Below are positions 9,592-19,432 of a DNA stretch of 64,000 bases, piece after piece. Both the position numbers and the translations under genes were made by a program. Every line of letters starts with the position of its first letter. Position 1 is the stretch's first letter. Source of the stretch: Candidatus Bathyarchaeia archaeon (GTDB lineage Archaea > Thermoproteota > Bathyarchaeia > TCS64); the NCBI GenBank assembly GCA_050014495.1, contig JBEKDF010000003.1, positions 32,001 to 96,000 on the forward strand. The letters run 5' to 3'. The notes under the pieces are model-generated. The model was not told the origin of the DNA and ran no database searches. It saw nothing but the letters and a program-made list of their open reading frames with translations.

Positions 9592-9922
9592 GCAGGCATG
9601 AAGTTCTCCCCGTATTTAGACGTAACCGAAATAGATTTCCAATACCTTTCACCGATCCTGAATCTCTTTAAATTCACATATCGAGGGTCCTTACGCGATG
9701 TGCCATGTGTAACACCGACGTTTACCGCATCTATAGAGCTGGAAAGGATGAGTCTGAAGAAGAGAAGAAGAAGGTTGACATCAAGCTTGTATGCGCCTCG
9801 ACGAGTATCCTAGCGGCTGTTGTCAGCCCAGCGAAATAGATACTTGATACTCACCTTATCTATGCCGTGAGAACCGTCATAGATATAGCCCCTTAGAGCC
9901 TCACATAGAAACCAGATTAACC

Positions 9923-11323
9923 TTGGCTAAGAAGCCTCACCCATACATACCTAATTCCGTCCCAGAGATAAGGGCGGAGATGCTCAGAATCGTTGGCGCG
10001 GAGAGCACGGATCAGCTCTATGCTGAAATGATCCCTGATAATCTCCTTTTAAAAAGAAATATGAATTTACCCGAGTCGTTGCCTGCTGAGCAAGACCTCA
10101 AGAAACACGTCTCAGATATTCTGGATAAGGACAGGTCCTGCTGGGATACCCTCAGTTTCCTCGGTGGAGGCTGCTGGAATCACTTCATACCACAGGTATG
10201 CGACGAGATAGCACGCCGTGGCGAGTTTCTGACCGCCTACGCAGGTGGCTACTATAGTGACCTCGGCAGATTCCAGGCGAACTGGGAGTTCCAGAGTCTC
10301 ATCTGCGAGTTGGTAGGTATGGAAGTAAGTGGCATACCGACATATGATTGGGGGAGCGGTGCTGGCAACGCGGTCAGGATGGCTTCGCGTCTCACTCGCA
10401 GAAAGGAGGTTCTTGTACCCGCGAGTATGAGTCCTGCTCGCCTATCTGTCGTAACCAACTTTTGCAATCCAACCGAATTACCCGGAGCAATCAAGGTAAT
10501 AAAAATAGACTATGATAAGAGGACTGGCGCACTCGATCTTAAAGACCTCAGGAATAAGATCAGCTCGTCGACAGCATGCGTCTACTTCGAGAACCCCGGT
10601 TACCTCGGCGTTATCGAGGATCAAGGAGAGGAAATAGCTGATATAGCGCATAAGGCTGGTGCGGAAGTCGTCGTAGGAGTCGACCCAATAAGCCTTGGGA
10701 TCCTCGCTCCACCAAGTGACTACGGTGCTGATATCGTATGTGGGGAGGTCCAGCCACTCGGCGTCCACATGATGGCGGGAGGCGGCCTCGCTGGATTCAT
10801 AGCAAGTCGGGACGAGGAACGGTATGTCGCCGAATATCCGATGCGCATCATTAGTATAACTGATACCGTCGAGAGTGGTGAACGTGGTTTTGGGCAAGCA
10901 GCGTATGAGCGGACAAGTTATATGGCCCGCGAGAAGGCGAAGGACTGGGTCGGCACAACCACCGCCCTCCACGGCATAATAGCCGCCGTCTATATGAGTC
11001 TGCTCGGTCCCCAGGGAATGAGAGATGTTGGTGAGGCAATACTACAGAAGAGCCACTATGCATTTACGAAGCTATCCGAGATCGACAATGTAGATGTAAA
11101 ATTCCCTTGCTTCTTCACCGAATTCCCTCTATGCATCGACTCCACTAGTAAGAAAGTCAACCAGGTTAACCGGATACTCCTCACTAAGAGCATCCTCGGC
11201 GGCAAAGACATCTCTAGAGAGTTCCCTGAACTTGGACAATCCGCACTGACCTGCGTAACCGAGGTTCACAGCAAGGGAGACATAGATAAGTTTGCTGAGG
11301 AGTTGGAGGCGATTCTTCGATGA
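9923..11323 (+). CDS. gcvPA: glycine dehydrogenase (decarboxylating) subunit 1, divergent
   Basis: HPYIP, SFLGGG..HFIP, EFLTAY, GADIVCGE.QPLG, REKA. Confidence 0.88.
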   Translation: MAKKPHPYIPNSVPEIRAEMLRIVGAESTDQLYAEMIPDNLLLKRNMNLPESLPAEQDLKKHVSDILDKDRSCWDTLSFLGGGCWNHFIPQVCDEIARRGEFLTAYAGGYYSDLGRFQANWEFQSLICELVGMEVSGIPTYDWGSGAGNAVRMASRLTRRKEVLVPASMSPARLSVVTNFCNPTELPGAIKVIKIDYDKRTGALDLKDLRNKISSSTACVYFENPGYLGVIEDQGEEIADIAHKAGAEVVVGVDPISLGILAPPSDYGADIVCGEVQPLGVHMMAGGGLAGFIASRDEERYVAEYPMRIISITDTVESGERGFGQAAYERTSYMAREKAKDWVGTTTALHGIIAAVYMSLLGPQGMRDVGEAILQKSHYAFTKLSEIDNVDVKFPCFFTEFPLCIDSTSKKVNQVNRILLTKSILGGKDISREFPELGQSALTCVTEVHSKGDIDKFAEELEAILR

Positions 11324-12861
11324 CTGATGTTAATGTGCGTCCATATCATGCCCCGGTCTGGAGCGAGCCATTGATACATGAACTTGGAGCAAAAGGTGAA
11401 CGGGGCGTCATCTTGCCAAGGGTGGAGCCTGAGATACAAGATGTGGTAGGAGAAACGGACTCACTCATACCAAAGGGGATGAAACGCAACACGCCACTGA
11501 ATCTTCCCGAGATCAGCCAACCCCAGGTCCTGCGACACTGGCTCCGCTTGAGCCAGATGACTCTCGGGATGGAGATGGAGATAGACCTCGGTGTAGGGAC
11601 CTGCACTATGAAATACAGTCCCAAGGTCAACGAGGAGCTCGCTGCCATGGTAGCAGGGATTCACCCTGACCAACCCGAGGAAACGATACAGGGCCTCCTA
11701 GAGGTCGCGTGGCGTTTTGGGGACATCTACCTCCGAGAGATAAGCGGGATGGATGCCTTCACATTCCAACCACCGGGTGGATCTGCAGGTGCATTCAATA
11801 ACGCTATCATAATGCGGAAATACTACGAGGAGCAGAACGAACTCGTTCAGCGCAACGAAGTTATAACGACTATTTTCAGCCACCCCTGCGACGCTGCGTG
11901 CCCTGCGACGGCTGGCTTCAAGGTGATTACACTTTATCCCGATGACGAGACAGGTTACCCCAGCATCGAGGCTCTCAAGGCAGCTGTCTCGAAGCACACA
12001 GCAGGAATATTCGTGACTAACCCCGAGGACACGGGTATCTTCAATCCACATATAGACGAATGGACGAGGATTGTCCATGAGGTAGGTGGACTTTGTGCCT
12101 ATGACCAGGCGAACCTCAATGCTCTAATGGGTATCACGCGTGCACGAGATGCTGGCTTCGATATGAGTTTCTTCAACCTCCACAAGACGTTCGGTAGCCC
12201 ACATGGGAGCAGCGGCCCAGGATCCGGTGCCGTTGGGGTTACAAAGGATCTGGCGAAGTATCTCCCGATCCCCGTCATAGTGAAGAGAGGTGATAAGTAC
12301 CATCTCGACTACGACCGCCCACACAGCATTGGTCGAGTGCGAGACTTCCTAGGCAACCTACAGGTTGTGGTCCGTGCCTACGCTTGGGCCGCAGCCATGG
12401 GGGCAGACGGTCTCAGGGAGGCTGCGGAGATCAGCATGCTGAACAACCAGTACCTCAGCGAGAGGATGAAGGAGGTCCCAGGCGTCACAAAGCCCTACGG
12501 CGGTAGGCGTCTCGACCAGGTCCGGTGGAGCCTCGACAAGCTGAAGGAGGAGACTGGCTGCGGAATAAATGAGGTCAATAAACGAGTTGTCGACTTTGGG
12601 GTCCAGAGCTTCTTTACTAGTCACCACCCGTGGGTGGTTCCCGAGCCATTCACACCTGAGCCATGCGAGACCTACAGCAAGGCGGATATCGACTACTGGA
12701 TCGCTGTGCTGAAGAAGGTCTGCCAGGAGGCATATGAGGATCCGGAGATCCTCAAAAAGGCGCCTCACAACTCTTCGATACATTCCGTAGACTCAACGCC
12801 TTTCGATGACCCGAAGAGGTGGGCGATGAGCTGGAGGGCGTACAGGAGGAAGATAAAGTGA
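11320..12861 (+). CDS. gcvPB: glycine dehydrogenase (decarboxylating) subunit 2, divergent
   Basis: GTCTMKYSPKVNE, NLHKTF.SPHG PLP-lysine motif; ATGA overlap with gcvPA. Confidence 0.9.
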   Translation: MTDVNVRPYHAPVWSEPLIHELGAKGERGVILPRVEPEIQDVVGETDSLIPKGMKRNTPLNLPEISQPQVLRHWLRLSQMTLGMEMEIDLGVGTCTMKYSPKVNEELAAMVAGIHPDQPEETIQGLLEVAWRFGDIYLREISGMDAFTFQPPGGSAGAFNNAIIMRKYYEEQNELVQRNEVITTIFSHPCDAACPATAGFKVITLYPDDETGYPSIEALKAAVSKHTAGIFVTNPEDTGIFNPHIDEWTRIVHEVGGLCAYDQANLNALMGITRARDAGFDMSFFNLHKTFGSPHGSSGPGSGAVGVTKDLAKYLPIPVIVKRGDKYHLDYDRPHSIGRVRDFLGNLQVVVRAYAWAAAMGADGLREAAEISMLNNQYLSERMKEVPGVTKPYGGRRLDQVRWSLDKLKEETGCGINEVNKRVVDFGVQSFFTSHHPWVVPEPFTPEPCETYSKADIDYWIAVLKKVCQEAYEDPEILKKAPHNSSIHSVDSTPFDDPKRWAMSWRAYRRKIK

Positions 12862-13664
12862 AGAGGCTAGAGGGTAAGGTTGCTGTTGTCACCGGTGCAG
12901 CTCAAGGGATTGGGGCGGGCATCTCGAAGGTTCTGGCGGCCAATGGTGCCACCGTATGTTTGGCGGACATTCAAGAAACTGTCGAGAAGACAGCGGAAAC
13001 GATCAGGGCGGTCGGCGGTGAGGCAAGTGCATATCGGATGGATGTCACTAAGTCAGTGGATGTTGAGCAGGGCTTCGCCAATATTGCTAAGGATCATATG
13101 CTTGTAGACATCCTCGTTAATAATGCGGGTATTTATCCAAGGCGCAAGCTGGTAGAGATGGATGAGGAGTTCCTCCATCGCCTCTTCGAGATCAACGTCT
13201 TCGGTATGTTCAGGTGTACTAAGGCGGTTCTGCCTGGCATGATGGATAGGAGGTATGGGAAGATTGTGAACATGAGCAGTGTGACAGGGCCGATGGTTGG
13301 GACACCGGCAGGTGGGCAGACAGCTTATGGCTCCTCTAAGGCAGCGGTAATTGGATTTACAAAGGCGTTGGCACTCGAGATGGCGCAGTACATGATAAAT
13401 GTGAACTGCATTCTACCCGGCTACGTTTACAGTCCCAGTGCCTTTGTGATTAGGGGGAGCCTGGGTGATGTGAACGCGGAGGCTGCGATGAGGGAGTTCG
13501 GGAGGAAGATACCTATGTGCCGACAGGGAAGTCCAGAGGATGTGGGTAATCTAGTCCTCTTCCTCGCAAGTGACGAGTCAAGCTACTTGACGGGCTCAGA
13601 GATAGTGATCGATGGGGGAAATATTCTGCAGGAGGAGTTCCTAGGTCCATACAATCCAAGATAG
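12858..13664 (+). CDS. short-chain dehydrogenase/reductase
   Basis: TGAAQGIG, NNAG, YGSSK; GTG start overlaps the gcvPB stop. Confidence 0.92.
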   Translation: MKRLEGKVAVVTGAAQGIGAGISKVLAANGATVCLADIQETVEKTAETIRAVGGEASAYRMDVTKSVDVEQGFANIAKDHMLVDILVNNAGIYPRRKLVEMDEEFLHRLFEINVFGMFRCTKAVLPGMMDRRYGKIVNMSSVTGPMVGTPAGGQTAYGSSKAAVIGFTKALALEMAQYMINVNCILPGYVYSPSAFVIRGSLGDVNAEAAMREFGRKIPMCRQGSPEDVGNLVLFLASDESSYLTGSEIVIDGGNILQEEFLGPYNPR

Positions 13665-13725
13665 AATCCATCGTGCACACTCGATTAAGTCAACGATCCA
13701 TAGCATAATAATCCGGATGCTATGG

Positions 13726-14841
13726 TCAAACCTCTTTGATTCTATAGACAACGCGTCTACCATAGTCGGTGACGACACGAGTGTAGCCGGACAGCTCCCT
13801 GTCGAGCGTAGGATCCCCCGTGTCAACCAGTAGCGGTTTACCATGGAGAGTAGCTAGCTTCGCTGGAGTCGCGACTATTACTATATTATCCTTCCCGATC
13901 GCACGGATAACTTTGGGGCTTATTTGCTGGTTGCCACGGCCGAAGACGAAGCCCTGCCCGCCGATTACGGTGACTATAATCTTCGCCCTCTTCCCGGTGA
14001 CAATGTTAATGATCTGGTCCTCATTAACGTCCGAGGCAACAATTTTTCCTCCCTTGACAACGTCGACACCAAGGAGGGTCTTAGCTAAACGGAGGTGTTC
14101 CGTTACACTGCTTATGGTGGAGCCTGGCCCTAGAACATAGAGTGTATCAGGGTCCATTTCGTCGGCGAGGTCTGCGGCTATTGCCTTGAGGTTTTCATCC
14201 TCCTGGGTTGGGCTTGCTTCCTTCGACCCCTGCACATAGGACTCCTCACTAGGGACTCGTAGGTATCCATAGAGGCGTGCACTCAGCCTATTTTCGCGGA
14301 ACGCCTCCTCGTCGATGTCCATGACCTCTGACTGCTGAACCGATGTGACCTCTCCTCTGAGGTACTTTGCAGCAAGCTCACCGGCTGCTGCTGGTGAGAC
14401 TGCGAAGACACCCGAGTGAATCTTTACTCCTGTTGGGATACCGAGTGCGGTAACCTTCCCGTCGATGGCCTCAAAGACGTCGCGGGCGGTTCCATCGCCC
14501 CCCGCGAATAAAATGAGGTCTACGCCTAAGCGAGCCATCTCGGACGCTGCAGCTTTCGTGTCTGCTGAGGTAGTCTCACCCGGTTTGATCTTCCCTAATA
14601 CTCTTGGCTCGAACCCAGCGGACAGAGCCTCGTCTTTCCCCATCTCCCCCGGATAAGTAATAAGCTCAATCTCCCCCTTTAGGGAGGTAAGGTGCTTGAG
14701 TGTCTCAACGGCCCTGGCGGGGGACGTCTCGGTGGCGCCAAGTTCCTTCGCCTTCCTCAGGGTCCTTATACCGTCGCTACCCTTCAACCCTACTCGACCA
14801 CCCATCCCCGCCACGGGGTTGACGATAAAACCGAGGCGCAC
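13726..14841 (-). CDS. ATP-NAD kinase / AcoX-like family protein
   Basis: NPVAGMGG, GGDGTARD, GIPTGVKIHS, GRGNQQIS. Confidence 0.85.
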   Translation of the reverse strand: MRLGFIVNPVAGMGGRVGLKGSDGIRTLRKAKELGATETSPARAVETLKHLTSLKGEIELITYPGEMGKDEALSAGFEPRVLGKIKPGETTSADTKAAASEMARLGVDLILFAGGDGTARDVFEAIDGKVTALGIPTGVKIHSGVFAVSPAAAGELAAKYLRGEVTSVQQSEVMDIDEEAFRENRLSARLYGYLRVPSEESYVQGSKEASPTQEDENLKAIAADLADEMDPDTLYVLGPGSTISSVTEHLRLAKTLLGVDVVKGGKIVASDVNEDQIINIVTGKRAKIIVTVIGGQGFVFGRGNQQISPKVIRAIGKDNIVIVATPAKLATLHGKPLLVDTGDPTLDRELSGYTRVVTDYGRRVVYRIKEV

Positions 14842-14967
14842 TACTAACCCTCACTGAAAAACGAGGTCGAGGATTTAAACTGAATCTAGAAATTTCGATT
14901 ATTGATAATATGTGCGCGCGACGCTCCTAAAGTCAAAGAAGACGGACACGACCAAGTAAGGGTGGAA

Positions 14968-15462
14968 CTAAACTTTCTCTGCCCTCGGTGGCTCTCCCAA
15001 AAAGACATTGGCGCCCGCAACGGGGTTACCGGCGAGTCTCCTGAATGAGTTTATCTGCCCTGTGTGCGTAAGGGCATCGGAGAACGGCCCATTTATCAGG
15101 TTCCAGAAGGGCTTATCGCGTATACGCAGCTTCCCTAGATCCTCTTCGCTCATCGCGAGCATCGCCTCCCTGAGGTCATGGATTATGCTTAAGGTCTCCT
15201 CACTCGCGGTTGGGCCATCCTTGGGCTTCTCGTAGGGCCTGTTCAATGCCGAGCTACTCACCCAATTCATGAGAGACCAGACATGGGTTACTAGCTCCTC
15301 GACGCTCATTGTGCCTTTAGCAGGGCGGAAGGTGTAGTCCTCCGCTCTAAGCCCCTCCGTCGCCCAGTAGAAGCGGAATCCGAGGCCGTCCAGCATCCTC
15401 GCTAATACTGTCGTGCTTGAGAGATGATCTGGATAAGCAGGTATCCGATAGTATTCATCCAA
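14968..15462 (-). CDS. DinB-like protein
   Basis: FRP...MS..ELVTH and DALTHTGQI..FRR motifs. Confidence 0.65.
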   Translation of the reverse strand: MDEYYRIPAYPDHLSSTTVLARMLDGLGFRFYWATEGLRAEDYTFRPAKGTMSVEELVTHVWSLMNWVSSSALNRPYEKPKDGPTASEETLSIIHDLREAMLAMSEEDLGKLRIRDKPFWNLINGPFSDALTHTGQINSFRRLAGNPVAGANVFLGEPPRAEKV

Positions 15463-15514
15463 CTCAATATCGCCTTACGTAATAGGTTCTTCACTCGTCT
15501 CTAAAAAAATGCGT

Positions 15515-16780
15515 TTAATTTGGCTGGTTGCACCAGCGGAGGATTGCTAGGGTGTAGGTCTTCGCCGCCTTTTCTAGGTTCTCTACACTAACTGACTCGT
15601 TGGCTGAGTGGGCCTCCCGCAGCTCCCCAGGACCGAAGATCATCGTTGGAGTGGAGCCGAGGTTGACGAGTAGACGCATATCGCTGCTGTAGGTCTTTCC
15701 CTCAACTTTTGGGCTGGAACCGGTAACTTCTCTGTATGCTGTTTTCACGGTCTCCATTATTGGGTGGTGGGCAGGTATCTTCGCTGGGTCAAAGCGATAC
15801 CCGTTCCAGTCGACTCTTGGCTGGTGCACCTTGAGCCATGGGTCCGCCTCCGCTGCCACCTTAATGGCGTCCTCAACCTGCCACTTAACAAGGTCGCAGG
15901 TCTCATCGGTGTGGACTCCAACGCGCCCCTCGAAGTAGAGGTTCTCGGGGACTGTCCCCGGCCATTCGCCGCCCACGATCTTACCTATGCTCACGGGGGA
16001 GGGTATGTCGTAGCCAGCGTATAGTGGGTCTTTAATGCGGGTGTTCCTCTTCGCCTCAAGCCTCTTCAAAGCATCATAGAGGGGGAGGAACTTGTCGATG
16101 GCGCTTACGCCGTCTGTGCGTATGCTCGCATGAGCCGCCTTGCCCTGGACTGTTACCCTGAATGCCATAACACCGGCATGGGCCGGGACCGCACTGAGCT
16201 CACTTGGCTCGGGAACTATCGCTGCATCAGCCCTGTAGCCCCTGAGAACAGCATCGAGGGCACCGACGCCTCCATCCTCCTCGCCGATGACGGTTTCGAG
16301 CATCACTTTACCTTTCATTTGGAATCCCGTATCAACAATCGCCTTTATCGCGTAGAGTGCCGCGACTATGCCACCTTTCATGTCGGAAGAACCACGCCCA
16401 TAGATCCTACCGTCGGAGACCGTCCCCTTCCATGGCGGATACCTCCACTTCGACTCGTCACCAGGGGAGACGACGTCAATGTGACCGTTGACTATCAGAC
16501 TCTTCCCAGACCCCTCACCGTAGCTGCCCACGACACCAATGCCCTCCATACGAGGTATGGGCATGCTGAAGGCAGGATGGCTCCTGAGTTTCTCGAAGTC
16601 GACATTCCAAGTCTCGACGCTGAGGCCTATAGCCTTCATCTTTGCTGCTATGTTTCTCTGTGCAGGGGACTCTTGCCCGCCCAAACTGTGAAATGAAATC
16701 AACTCACACAAGTATTTGACTAAGCCATCAACATCGACCGCATCGAGCACTCGTTTCTCAGCATCCTCCATAGACTTCAA
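15515..16780 (-). CDS. M20 family ArgE/DapE-like deacylase
   Basis: NGHIDVV, GRGSSDMKGG, GEEDGG, PEP, AHSANE. Confidence 0.92.
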   Translation of the reverse strand: MKSMEDAEKRVLDAVDVDGLVKYLCELISFHSLGGQESPAQRNIAAKMKAIGLSVETWNVDFEKLRSHPAFSMPIPRMEGIGVVGSYGEGSGKSLIVNGHIDVVSPGDESKWRYPPWKGTVSDGRIYGRGSSDMKGGIVAALYAIKAIVDTGFQMKGKVMLETVIGEEDGGVGALDAVLRGYRADAAIVPEPSELSAVPAHAGVMAFRVTVQGKAAHASIRTDGVSAIDKFLPLYDALKRLEAKRNTRIKDPLYAGYDIPSPVSIGKIVGGEWPGTVPENLYFEGRVGVHTDETCDLVKWQVEDAIKVAAEADPWLKVHQPRVDWNGYRFDPAKIPAHHPIMETVKTAYREVTGSSPKVEGKTYSSDMRLLVNLGSTPTMIFGPGELREAHSANESVSVENLEKAAKTYTLAILRWCNQPN

Positions 16781-16873
16781 GATTAGGATGCACCGCAGGG
16801 AATTAGAGCATTGCCCGTCGGGGAAGCGTTTAATCCGGGATCAGTGTCCCATAGCTGTGTAAAGGTGCCTGTG

Positions 16874-17899
16874 ATGAGAGCAGTCGTTAAAAGTAAACCA
16901 GAGCCCGGCGTTGAATTCGCTGAGGTGCCCAAACCCAAACCCGCTACTGACGAGGTGCTGATAGAGGTCAAGGCTGCCGCTATCTGCGGTAGTGACCTTG
17001 GGATCTATGACTATTCGCCGGCTTACTCGAAAATGAGGCTCCCTGTTGTGATGGGTCATGAGTTCTCGGGGAGGGTTGCGGAAATCGGACCACAGGTAAA
17101 GGGCTACGCTGTCTGTGACCGTGTCCTCTCCGAGTCCGTAAAATCCTGTGGGGTCTGCGCTTACTGCCACTCGGGTCACGAGAATCTTTGTGATGCCTCC
17201 ACCCTCTTCGGAATCCACACCGATGGAGGGATGGCCGAATACGTTACCGTACCCTATAAACTCCTACACCGCCTCCCCGAAGAGCTCAGCTTCGAGGAGG
17301 GTGCTCTCATCGAGCCCCTCAGCAACGCACTTCATTTCGTCAAGGATTGCACACCCATCAGACTCGGTGACTTCGTGGTTGTCCAAGGCTGTGGACCAAT
17401 AGGCATCTTCAGTGCCCAGCTCTTCCGCCTAGCAGGGGCCCAGGTGATGATAACCGGCGTCAACGTAGATATGGAGCGTTTTAAGATAGCCGAGAGAATG
17501 GGGCTTGAAACCTTCAATGTGGAGAAGGAGGACCTTGCTAAGCTAGTCCTTGAGAGGACTGGGGGTCGTGGCGCTGACATAGCCTTCGTTGCTACAGGTG
17601 CACCCTCCGCTGTGGCGCAGGCCATTCAGATAGTGAAGAAACGAGGACAAGTGACAGTGATAGGTATCTTCGGGCGCTCAGTAGAGGTCCCCATGACTCA
17701 GGTGGTCCGCAGGGAGATAACTCTGAGTGGTGCATATGACGCGAAGCCAGAGAACTTCGACCAATCCCTAAGGCTGGCGAGCAGTGGCACGATTAAGGTT
17801 AGAGAGTTAATAACACATAGGCTATCCCTTGAAAAGGCAGGGGAAGCCTTCGAGACGGCGAAGAGTCGCGTAGGATGCAAGGTCGAGTTCATCCCCTAA
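16874..17899 (+). CDS. zinc-dependent MDR alcohol/sugar dehydrogenase
   Basis: ICGSD, GHEFSG, CxxCxxCxxG..NLC, G.GPIG. Confidence 0.92.
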   Translation: MRAVVKSKPEPGVEFAEVPKPKPATDEVLIEVKAAAICGSDLGIYDYSPAYSKMRLPVVMGHEFSGRVAEIGPQVKGYAVCDRVLSESVKSCGVCAYCHSGHENLCDASTLFGIHTDGGMAEYVTVPYKLLHRLPEELSFEEGALIEPLSNALHFVKDCTPIRLGDFVVVQGCGPIGIFSAQLFRLAGAQVMITGVNVDMERFKIAERMGLETFNVEKEDLAKLVLERTGGRGADIAFVATGAPSAVAQAIQIVKKRGQVTVIGIFGRSVEVPMTQVVRREITLSGAYDAKPENFDQSLRLASSGTIKVRELITHRLSLEKAGEAFETAKSRVGCKVEFIP

Positions 17900-18164
17900 T
17901 GATACACCGTGTGTGCGCATCTTAATCGCTCGCCTATTGGGCAAGGTATAAACAGTGAGTAGCAAGCGCGAGGTCTATTTTGTTAACGAAACTAAGCTAC
18001 GCATTCTACCATTTATGAGCCATTTAGCCCTGTTTCTGTCCCACCAATACGCGACTATCACGCTTCGACGCGAGCATAAGCCTTTGGAAAACCTTTATAA
18101 TTATAGACGTGATGTAGGCTGGGTGCATCAGGCAGCCTGAGCCGATGAATAGGTTGAATCAGAG

Positions 18165-18602
18165 ATGAGCACAAGGACAGTCATAGACGCCGACGGCCTC
18201 ATTCTTGGTAGGATGGCCAGCGTCGTCGCCAAGAGGCTCCTAGCCGGCGAAACAATAGTGCTAGTTAATGCGCAGAACGTCGTAATCTCCGGCAACAAGA
18301 AAAAGTTGGTCGATGATTGGAAGGAATTCATAAAGGTCGGAGGCTTCGGCAAGGGCCCCGTCCATCACAGGAGGCCCCACGAGATCGTTCGCCGAACCGT
18401 CCGGGGGATGCTTCCTTACAGGATACCAAAGGGTGCCGCTGCCTACAAAAGACTGCACGTACACATTGGCGTTCCCGATGAGTTAGAGAAGGTGGAGAAG
18501 CAGAGCCTAACCGAGTGCCATAGCAGCAAGCTCAACAATAGATCGGCAACCGTCGGCGAACTCGCCGAGGGCATCGGCTGGAATAAGAAGGGAGTAGATT
18601 AA
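18165..18602 (+). CDS. rpl13: 50S ribosomal protein uL13
   Basis: IDADGLILGRMASVVAK, RRTVRGMLP. Confidence 0.97.
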   Translation: MSTRTVIDADGLILGRMASVVAKRLLAGETIVLVNAQNVVISGNKKKLVDDWKEFIKVGGFGKGPVHHRRPHEIVRRTVRGMLPYRIPKGAAAYKRLHVHIGVPDELEKVEKQSLTECHSSKLNNRSATVGELAEGIGWNKKGVD

Positions 18603-18603
18603 A

Positions 18604-19023
18604 TTGTCAGCGCCCGTAACTAAGAAAAAGCCTGTACTCGCAACTGGTAAACGTAAGACCGCGAAGGCACGTGTCACAGTCGAAGAGGGTAAAGGCAGGG
18701 TAAGGATCAATAATGTCCCAGTGCAGTACCACGAGCCCCTAATGGCTCGCGAGATGATTATGGAGCCCATACTCATCGCCGGCGACGTAGCCAGCAAGGT
18801 CGATATAAGTATCGAAGTGGCGGGTGGAGGTCCACTAGGCCAGGCTGAAGCGGCTCGCATGGGTTTAGCTCAGGGACTCGTCAAGTACACGAAGAGTAAG
18901 AGACTCAAGAGTACATTCATCGAGCACGACCGCACCATGCTCAGCGGTGACGCCCGTAGGAAGGAGCCTAAGAAGTTTGGTGGCCCAGGCGCACGCAGGC
19001 GAAAGCAGAAGAGTTACAGGTGA
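18604..19023 (+). CDS. rps9: 30S ribosomal protein uS9
   Basis: [25 protein letters not shown]. Confidence 0.97.
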   Translation: MSAPVTKKKPVLATGKRKTAKARVTVEEGKGRVRINNVPVQYHEPLMAREMIMEPILIAGDVASKVDISIEVAGGGPLGQAEAARMGLAQGLVKYTKSKRLKSTFIEHDRTMLSGDARRKEPKKFGGPGARRRKQKSYR

Positions 19024-19028
19024 CCCCC

Positions 19029-19352
19029 ATGTCCCGCTTCATTTCACCAATGGTCTTCCGTTCCGACACCATTAGGGAGGGCCGCGGCTTCAGCGTCGCT
19101 GAGGTACAGGCGGCTGGCTTGAACCCTGGAGAGGCAGAAATCCTCGGTATCCCCGTTGACCTCCGCAGGAAATCGACTCATGAGGAGAATGTCGAGATCC
19201 TCAAGGAGTATGTTGCCTCAGCTAAGGAGAATAAGTTAAAAATTTCCAAGCCAAAGCAGACCTCTAAGGGTCAGAGGGGTAGGGCCGCCCGCAGCGTCAC
19301 GAAGGCAGGTCAGAAGTCGAGGGGCCTCGTTAGAAGCATCCGTAAGAACTAG
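19029..19352 (+). CDS. rpl13e: 50S ribosomal protein eL13 with basic C-terminal extension
   Basis: [30 protein letters not shown]. Confidence 0.88.
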   Translation: MSRFISPMVFRSDTIREGRGFSVAEVQAAGLNPGEAEILGIPVDLRRKSTHEENVEILKEYVASAKENKLKISKPKQTSKGQRGRAARSVTKAGQKSRGLVRSIRKN

Positions 19353-19432
19353 TCACATCGATCCTTCTAACAAATTATAAGTATAAACCTGCGCTAGGTT
19401 GTATAAAATGAAAAAAGAGCCTATTCTGGGCT

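Noticed and set aside
9680..9840. Small CxxC ORF (…RCAMCNTDVYRI…) or glycine riboswitch upstream of gcvPA
   Set aside because: No start codon before the CxxC, and no glycine aptamer consensus.
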